Origin: Geosiphon pyriformis uo1
Taxonomy: Eukaryota; Fungi; Glomeromycota
Direction: 5' to 3'
Assembly (NCBI GenBank): GCA_016748015.1
Contig: JAAOMT010000031.1
Coordinates: forward strand, 248,001 to 312,000
Length of the DNA stretch: 64,000 nt
The stretch's first letter is position 1. The number at the start of each line of letters is the position of its first letter. Below the pieces are notes generated by a model that made no database searches, was not told where the DNA came from, and was given only the letters and a program-made list of their open reading frames with translations. This document shows, in pieces, positions 55,201 through 64,000 of this stretch. A program made the translations under genes and the position numbers.

Positions 55201-58200
55201 ATGTTCTTCCTTGACCAGAAATGTTATTCCACATTTCTTCATCAAGTCGAGTTTCTCCACAAGTAAGACATGGTTTATTGTCTTACTTGCCTTGTTGCTT
55301 TGAATAGTCATATCATTTTTTGTAACATGATTTGCAGTAATAGTGGGTTTGCATCCAGTAATCTTTATTGGACACAATTCAAGCTTCTATAGAAGAAAGT
55401 TTCTTGCCACAATCTTGGCATTTGAGTAAAATATATGGCAGTTGCTTCAGTGGCTTATGTGAGTAGAATCTTTCTCAGCCATTAATTATTTTTTCTGTGG
55501 TGGTGTTTTCCTCTGGTGTGTTTTTTTCCTTTTCTTTCTCTTTGTCATTTCAAGAAAGCACTAATGATAACTTGTTGTGTTTGGTATTGGCCCAAGAAAT
55601 TTGGTAGACTTTTCAGATAAGTCTTCTTTTTTTTTTTTCAATTCAATAAGTGGTATTGGTGTTGTGTTTATTCAAAAGTGATCACACATGGCTGGTACAT
55701 GTGTGTGTTAACTATCCTGGCTGAGTTGAAGCTTTTGCATAGTCCAATTAAGCACTGTGTTGGTTTTGGACAACTAATTATTGCCAACTAGTGCTTGGTA
55801 TTGTGTGGCTTTCATTACCAAGACTTTGATAAGTATAATAATGTCATTGACTTTAAAGGAAAAGTCGTCAATTTTGCCAATAGAAGTTTTGATTGTTTTA
55901 TTGGCTGTAATAATTCTGGTGCTGACAGCTTGATCAACTTAGCAACCTAATTGGTCTATGAGTTGTCATGTGATAATGCTGCCTACTAAACCACTGTCCA
56001 AAATCAGTTTGATTGATTGACTATTAACTGTGGTGTCAGTATACATTGCCATAATAGGTTTTGATTTTAGAACAGCTCTACTGAATAGTGATGTTTCAAT
56101 TAGTTCTTCAAGTTCAAAGGGAAAAATAGTAGTAAGTGATTTGTTTTTAGTAATGGTTGCTGGTGGTATGTTGTTGGTAAGTGGCTGCTTTTGTTTAGCT
56201 TCCAAGTTGTTGGATGTGGCATCTTCTGAGATAACCAGGAGACTTAAATAGTATTGAAAATTTGAGTTTTGGGTGTATCTGGTTCTTGAATTCTACTGGC
56301 ATGATCCTAATAACTGGTTTGATGAGCTGAGAATTGGTTGATGAACAACCAACACCAATTTTCAGTTTTGAGTAATCTTTGATCTGAAATTTTCTGATGT
56401 CATCTGAGCTGAGTTTGGTGGCAGTATTGGAATTTGTTGAGGTTAATATATTATTTGTGGCTGCAGTTGATAAATAACTGGTGCCAGAGTCTGATAAATG
56501 AGTGGTTAATAAATTGGCAGCTGCATTACTAGTAGGTAATTCGGTTGATATAGTTCTGAATTGGGTTGATATTTTGGAGTTTGAAACTGGCAATTGGGGT
56601 TTTGATATTGATTTCCCAATTATTGGTTATTTATTTTTAACTTGCAGTTGATTTTCAAATCTCCTTGTTTACCACAATAGTGGCAAACATGTGTCTCCTG
56701 CTGCCATTGCTGATTGGTTGATGGTGATGAATATGACTAATTTTGGAAACAATTTGTGTTTTCTTGATTATTGTATTGTTGTGGAAGTTAATAAACTGTC
56801 TAATTGTTAGCTACATATCCCTCTAATTTTTGATTAATGAAATTACTAAATTGTTTCAACTTAGAATTCAATTCAGATGATCCATTTATTACTAGATTGA
56901 CAGTTTGGGCATGGTTAGCTTTGAGTTCAGCAGATTCAAAATCTTTGGTGTGGGTGATGGCTGCTTGAAGATTGACTGAATGTAATAGGTGTACATATTA
57001 GAGAATATTACTACATAGGCCACAAATAAATTGGTTTAAGATTTGTGGCTTTGTGAAATAGTTAGCGTCAATTGTTTAGATCTGGCATAGATTTTGATGG
57101 AAGCATCCCAAGTAAGTGGTGACTGCTTTACTTTCTCCTTGCTTGATGGTGGTAAAGATATTTGCCAAGCAGTTAATACTATTATTGTTACTAAAATATC
57201 TCACGAATTCCAGTTTGAATTCTTAAAAAGTTTGTGATTTGGTCACTAAACTCTAATACTATAAATTGGTAGTATTTTGAAGAAAATATGGAATTGCTTG
57301 AAAGACTCTGTTATCATTCCATTCATTGGCTGTAATGGCTTTTTCTATATTATTTAATCATACTTAGGCATTGTTCTCTTTGCCAGTGAATTTCTCAATT
57401 TTGGTGATAAGTGCGTATATTATTAGTGCTAGTAATAGTTGTTATTGTGGTTGTGGTTGGGGTTGCTGTTGTAGTTGCTGCTGAAGTAGTGGTGAATCAA
57501 TTACAATTACTGGAGATAAGTTTTGTTAATTAATTATGTCAGAGTTTGAATTGTTCTGATTTTTTTGAGTTTGAATATTCAGAGTTTCAATTTCTGGATT
57601 TTTTAAAATCAGGTTTTGCTGAGTTTGAATATTCAGAGTTTCAATTTCTGGATTTTCAACAATCAGATTTTGGTAATTAAATTTCTGATTGTTGTCTTTC
57701 TCTTCTTCTGATTCAGTTACTTTTCATAGACTCGCAGTTTCAAAATCTGGTTGAGGTAGTGGTGATCAAAATTCTAATAATGTTAGTAATCGCAATTTAA
57801 ATTCTTTAAAGTAGTTATTATAGGTTCCCAATAATTCTGCTTTCTTTTGTTTACTTTGAAATGGAAGTTGAACTAATAATGGTTTTGTGTTTGAGGTAGA
57901 TGTGCCTGGTGATAAAATGTTGATAGTGCTTTCAGATATATAGTAATATAATGGATTGGTTGAAGATTTTACTCTTGTTTTTTTCCAAGTAGATGGTTGT
58001 ATTCTTTGTGATATTATTGCTGGTGTTTGTAGTTTTCTTTTGCCTTTGTTTGCATAGATGATTGGGTATTTTTATTGAGTGTGATGTTCAATTTCTTTAT
58101 TGATTTTAGTAAAGATTGCTGTGAAATTATAATTTGCTGATAGGCTGGTATTTTGGATTAATTTGTTGTAGAAATTTCTTCTGGCTGAGTTGGTTTCTAC

Positions 58201-58425
58201 TAATACTCCTAGCAAATATGAGATTCTCTCATTAATGTAGAAATTGAAGACTGATTCTGTTGATAGGTGATTGTTGGTTAATCCCAAGTATTGACAGTAA
58301 TGTTGAAACAAAGATTTGGTGAATCTTAGATGGTTTGTTCTTATTTTTTCTGGTTCTGCCACTTTTGAATGATTGTATATTGGTGCTAGTTCTCTATAAG
58401 ATTATATCTCACAAGAAACACCAAA

Positions 58426-59374
58426 TTTTACAGGTGATTATTTGGGGTCTCAAATCAAATAACAAACCCATAATTTGGTGCTAATTTGTTTGCTGACATT
58501 GGTAATATCTGTAAGTTGTTTATATCTGAAGATTTTAGTGAAGTTTTTTATATAATGAACAAAGATTTAATTGTTGTTTTAGTAGTCTTTTGGAATCACA
58601 ATTCTATCAAATTTTTTTCTCAACATAATGACTGGTAATCTTTCTGATAAGCTATCCTCAAATCTATGAGTTTTTTATCTTTGTTTCATGGGTTTTTTAC
58701 TAGTTTTTATAACATTTGTAATTTAGTGCTTAATTTTTAATTAATTAGTCAACAACAAAAAATAACAAAAGAAAAAAAATCAAAGAAAGAAAATAAAAAA
58801 AATAAGCCAAGATGATAAATGTTAATATTCTGTCAATAGCCATGATTAAGAGCTATTGTTCCTATGTAATTTAAGTATCAATTACTATTAACATTTAGAG
58901 TTGATAGTGAGCAATTGAATTTGAAATGCCAAAATAAGTATATTTATTGATATTTTGGAATGATATGTTTTTAACTAGAAATGATAACTAATGAATTTTT
59001 GTCTGGAGATTCTCTTTTTTTACTTCTAATACTATTACTATATATACATATTATCTAGTTTTACAGAATTGCTTTGGATTGTCTGTTTTTGCTAGCTATT
59101 ACTTCATTTTCTTACATTATAACTAATTATTCTATGTTATAACACATTATCTAATGTTATTACACATTATTCTGTGTTATTCTGCATTATAATATGTTAT
59201 TCTATGTTATAATGCATTATTCTGTGTTATTCTGTATTATAACATATTATTTTACATTATAATATATTATCCAACATTATTGTGTATTATTCTGTGTCTC
59301 TTCATATTTTGTCACATTTTTCTAGGTTATATTTTTCTTTCTTCTTTTGATTGGCTTTTTTTTTTCAAGTAACA
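58426..59374 (-). repeat. 5' LTR of element A (its U3 part resembles the B LTR)
   Basis: TTTTACAGG...CAAGTAACA, adjacent to PBS TGGTGTTTCTTGTGAG. Confidence 0.85.
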
Positions 59375-60410
59375 AGTATAACAATAGTAAAAAGGGAACT
59401 AAACTCAGAAATTACCAAAAACTTGGCAATTTTAAGAGTAGTTAAATAAAAAAAGCTTATAAATCCAACTAAAAAAACAGTTTTTAAAGACTTATGAGAA
59501 GCAAACTCCATGCAAAAAAGTTTTATATTGTTTTTTAACACCAATTTTATATTCAAAAAACCATGTACAAACTAAAAAACAGCCTTAATATAAGCTAATT
59601 TGATCTTAAAAATAGTATTAAACACCAAAATAGAAACCACTCATTTAGAAAATCTTTAACAACTAATAATAATTTCTTAAACACTACCAATAAAAATATC
59701 AGAAACTAGTGGAAAAATAATTCAGTTTTTATTTGGTTAATCTAGTTCTTAAAAACAAGTGATTTTATAGGAAATAATTGTTTTATTTCTAAAATCAGTA
59801 AGGATCTGCTGAAAAATACCATATTTGGCAATACAGTCAGTAATTAATTTTAATTTATCTTAGATAATATGTCAGATAATGCAACAGAAATTTTATCTAA
59901 GATCTTATTAGAAACCACAAAAGAATCTAATATAACAATAATAAAAACAAACAACTGTTTTTACTTTTTTGGATTTTTGGTTTTTTTGACTATTTTTTTT
60001 AAAAAAATAGTATTAGCAGCACCAGATATAAAAGCTATAAAAGAGAAAACTAGCTTATTAACTAGTCTGTTATTAAAAATTTTTGGGCTCTTAAAAGAAA
60101 TAAAAACAACACTAAGATTAATTCAAATGTGTCTCTTTGAAGAAACTTTAACTGAAAAAAAATTAGCCAAAAATGAAAAAAATATTTTAGTGATTATCAA
60201 AAGCAGTCTTTTATTATCTATATCTAAAAAAAAAGCTTTTAAAACATTCTGTCTAGCAGTTTTTACAACAGAAAAAACTTTTTTGATTAAAAATTTATTA
60301 AGTATTTTAGGAAAGATAACAGATACAGCTTTTTTATTTTTTGCTTTGATTGTAGTCATAAAATTAAGAAGACAAGGAGTTTTTTTTTTAATTATATTTT
60401 TATTATAATA
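59375..60410 (-). mobile_element. Hypermutated 5' part of a second ORF1 element copy, cut by the LTR of A
   Basis: MTTIKAKNKKAV... aligns codon by codon with MTTTRAKSKKAA... (25819). Homology ends at AKFLVISEFSSLFTIVIL, exactly at the LTR edge. Confidence 0.9.
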
Positions 60411-61508
60411 ATTAGTAATAATATTAAATAAAATAACATAAAATAATAAATTTTAATTAATAATAACAGAATAATATAAGAAATAATATAAGATATTAAG
60501 TTTTTTAATATGTATTTATATAAGTAATTTTAATTTAAAAAAAAAGTATTTTTTATTTTAAATTTAATTTTACAAGCTAGTATTTAAATTTTAATTATAC
60601 TTTTTCTTTTAAATTCAATAAATTTTTTTTGAAAACAAAAATTACATAAATTAAATTTTTTATTTTTATTATTAAAGTCTATTTATCTTTTTTTGTTCAA
60701 AGTTAAATATAAATTATTTATGTATTTGGAATTTTAATAACTTAAACCAATTGTTTTTAATTATAATAATTGATAAAATACCAATTTTTTATATTTTTAT
60801 ATTTTTTTGTTTTTATTAAAAATTTTGTAATTAATTTAAAAAAACCAAAAAAAGTACAAAAACAATTTAGTAATTTAATTATTATAACAAAATAATTTAA
60901 CATTAATAACAGTCTTTATAAAAAAAAATTGTTTTTTTGCTGTTTTGGTTTTTCTAATTATTTAAACAACAATAAAAAGAAAAACTAAAAAAATGACAAC
61001 TTAATTACTATTTTGTTAAAGATTTTTAGACTTTTTAAAAGAATAATAATAGTACCAAAAATAATTTAACTAAAAAAAAACTTCCAGCCAAAGACAAATA
61101 AAATTTTTTTAAAAGGTTAAAAGCTTTGTTTCAAAATTATTTAAGAAAAACACTTTGATAATGCCTTGTTTAAACTGTTTTTACAACTGAAAAAACCTCA
61201 TAAGTGGTAAGATTCTAGATTGCTTCTTTTTTCCTTTTTGCTTATTTATTGAATAATTTATTGAAAATTAAATTATTAATTTTAATATTTGAAAATGCAA
61301 AATTATGATATTCAAAAATCATTGATCAAATAATCTAATATCAAAAAAATCCATTTTGAAATATATTGCGAGCAAAATTAATTATCATAAAATACGGATT
61401 CCTTGGAAACTACTATTCCTTTTATATTGAGCATCAAACCGAAATATCCATTGCGATGTCTCTGTTAATTATCTCAAGAATTCACCAAATTCCATTTATG
61501 AACCTTTT

Positions 61509-62611
61509 TTAGCTCGAGCTTGACATAAGATATTCTTTCAACTTCTCTAGGGCCTTATAACGATGGGAAATGGTGTTTTTGATATTTTTCGGCATCTCAG
61601 CATATCTAAATGGTGTTTAAAACGATTTAGTAATAAACGATAAATATGAACTGCATTACTCGGAATCCATTTGAAATTACGTCATTTGATATTCATCAGG
61701 TTGAAAAATAGGATCCCATCCAAAATCTGCGGGACCACGTGCTGGAACAATCATGCCCTAAGATTTAAAGTGAGTTTTGAATGCTATCAACCTCCATTAT
61801 TGAAAATTTTATCATTATTTACAGGCGTCTTTCCTTCAAAAAGAATTGGTTCATAGTTGGGTCCACGGCTATATGCAAATGTACAAAGGGCAAATGCAGT
61901 TTTATCATCGAATCCTGTTAATAGACGATTTAATCCTTTAAGGTAGATGGGAAGAAGTTTATAACGAGTTTTCAAATAATAATATAAAAGGTGTATAATA
62001 TAGGTTTATTAATTAGCCTCACCATCATGACCCAACTTTTCCAAGAACCATTTTCTAAAACAGAACATAATATCAGAAATTTAAATAGTTTCTGGAGCTT
62101 ACTTTAAATATCACCTACATATAGGGCCCGGGAAGTCCATTTAAGGCATTGAAACAAAGAGCGGTATCTTCGATAATGACTGGACCATTAACCTATTATC
62201 ATTAAAAATCCCCTCTAAGTATGAAGCTTCAAGACTAAATATTAAAAATATGAACTTTTTATTGAAAAGGAATTATCAGACCTCAATGGCTGCCCTCCGG
62301 CATTTATCCAAAGAGACTTCACGGGTATCTCCTTGGATTTCGGTTACTTTAGAAAATGATAAATTTATCCATTAGTTTTATATGATGGAAAGGTTTTATG
62401 TGGTCAATGAAATAAAGATGCAGCTAACTTGCTTTCAAGCTTGCGATTTATCAATTCAAAAGTGGAACCTAAAATGGCATGAACCTCAGCAAGTTTGTTT
62501 TTATTGCCTGTAACAAACACTGATGAACGACACCCAGTTAGAAATCTTTTCTTAGGTGAAAATAAAAGCAGCAGGGTTAACACCTAATTTTCTCAGTTCT
62601 TTTGTGGTCAT
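61509..62611 (-). CDS. HAM1: Inosine triphosphate pyrophosphatase (Ham1/ITPA), multi-exon
   Basis: [65 protein letters not shown]. Confidence 0.95.
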
Positions 62612-63021
62612 CGAGAAATGGTTGACTCGTAAAATTTGGGAAAACTTTTAAGCTAGCTATTTTTAGCTGTCAAAAATTAAAATCAATCTGTTCAATTACT
62701 AACTTTAGCGATGATCATTTCATTGGGCTAAGCATAGATTCCGAATTTTAAACATTCTTTGGAGCCACTTGAAAATAAATTCTATCATGTCGGCACGTCG
62801 TCGCGTTTTACTTCAAGCAGTGTTTCAATGACTAGGTTTTTTAACTTCACTTTCTTACTTTAGAACTTTGAAGGGGACGAATTCAACTTGCATACCGCTC
62901 CCGTTGGGGATGAAATGGGGTAGGATTGAGGACAGAATTTTGTTTGGTAGAACCTATGGGCATACTTTTCGAAAATGACTTTGCTTAATTCACTTAGAGC
63001 CGTCTCTTTATAAATTCACAG

Positions 63022-63950
63022 TAACGGGGGGGATTTAACTGAAGATCCTGTCCACGATCATCGCCCGCGGTTGTTGCTTATGGGCTTAAGAAGGCAAGTT
63101 TTTAGGTGAAACGACTTAATGTAAACTCGTTTATCAGTATACTTTACTTATGAACCCTTCTAATAATTTTCAGAAGTGGGAAATCGAGCATACAGAAAGT
63201 TGTTTTCCACAAAATGCCCGCAAATGAAACATTATTTCTTGAGAGCACAAGCAAAGTTGTCAGAGAGAATATCACGTATCCTTGAATGCTATCGTCAAAT
63301 GGATTGAAAATTTCATGTTCAAAGTCAACGTTAATAATAGTTTAGGTTTATATTATTTAAAATGTAATTTTCGAATTCTCTAATATTTCCTTGATAAGAT
63401 TTTTGCCCAACTAGATCATTTGTGGATTTTCAAGTTTGGGACTTTCCTGGTCAAATTGATTACTTTGACCCCGCTTTCGATTCTAATGTAATATTCGGTG
63501 AATACGGCGCGTTGATCTTTGTGATTGATGCTCAAGTGAGCCTGTGTTTTTCATTCAAATCTACTGAAGAATCTTTTTTCAAACGTTTTTTTAATCCCGA
63601 CGTAAACACACTTTTTATTCTTTGTAACCAAATAGGACGACTATATTGATGCTCTTCAAAGACTCCATCAAACAGTAACACGTGCTTGTCGCGTGAATCC
63701 AGAACTTACGTTTGAAGTATTTATTCATAAAGTCGATGCCTTATCCGATGAATACAAAATCGACACTCAACGTGATATACAACAACGGACAACAGATGAA
63801 TTAGCAGATGAAGGGTTGGAAAGCGTTCCGATCAGCTTTTATCTGACCAGTATATACGACCATTCTATTTTTGAGGCATTTAGTAAAGTTATTCAAAAGT
63901 TAATTCCCCAATTACCGACCTTGGAAACTTTGCTGAATATTTTGTGCTCG
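63022..63950 (+). CDS. GTR2: Rag GTPase Gtr2/RagC-D, partial (start uncertain; continues past window end)
   Basis: [80 protein letters not shown]. Confidence 0.95.
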
Positions 63951-64000
63951 GTATTTTTGTTTTTAATTTATCTTATCTAAGTTTCCTTTGATACCTTTTA

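Larger units (their letters stand above)
28177..59374 (-). mobile_element. Ty3/Gypsy element A (outer, probably chimeric), interrupted by elements B and C
   Basis: LTRs 28177-29036 and 58426-59374. PBS 58408-58423. gag ~58360-56200, protease LILDSG ~56000, dUTPase ~44195-44590, RT ~43740-42820, RNase H ~31600-31150, integrase ~31100-29780. Reading is continuous across both insertion sites. Confidence 0.85.

Noticed and set aside
61509-62611. Functional link between host ITPase and the neighbouring TE dUTPases (nucleotide-sanitising cluster)
   Set aside because: HAM1 is an ordinary intron-containing host gene outside the LTRs; proximity is most simply chance.

Overview
Very AT-rich eukaryotic genomic DNA with short spliceosomal introns, most consistent with an early-diverging fungus (Glomeromycotina-like; this is inference from gene and TE style). 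There are five host genes: copine, TMA46/ZC3H15, GRC3/NOL9, HAM1/ITPA and a partial GTR2/RagC-D. They sit in islands separated by transposons and about 90%-AT deserts. Mobile elements: an RNase H-bearing LINE plus the tail of a second copy, an ORF1-only retroelement sharing the LINE 3' tail (one complete copy with a TSD, one hypermutated copy), an intron-containing pogo/Tigger element, a MITE, and a 31-kb nest of three related Ty3/Gypsy families plus a solo LTR. Highlights: (1) a repeat-restricted C>T/G>A hypermutation whose signature (ApC spared, TpC/CpC/CpG lost, CGAA protected) is not classical CpA-directed RIP; (2) Gypsy elements with a Cys-rich domain, a dUTPase, a dUTPase-like second domain and a conserved non-env ORF3; (3) a covarying pseudoknot-like 3' RNA element shared by the LINE and the ORF1-only element. 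All counts and alignments were done by eye.
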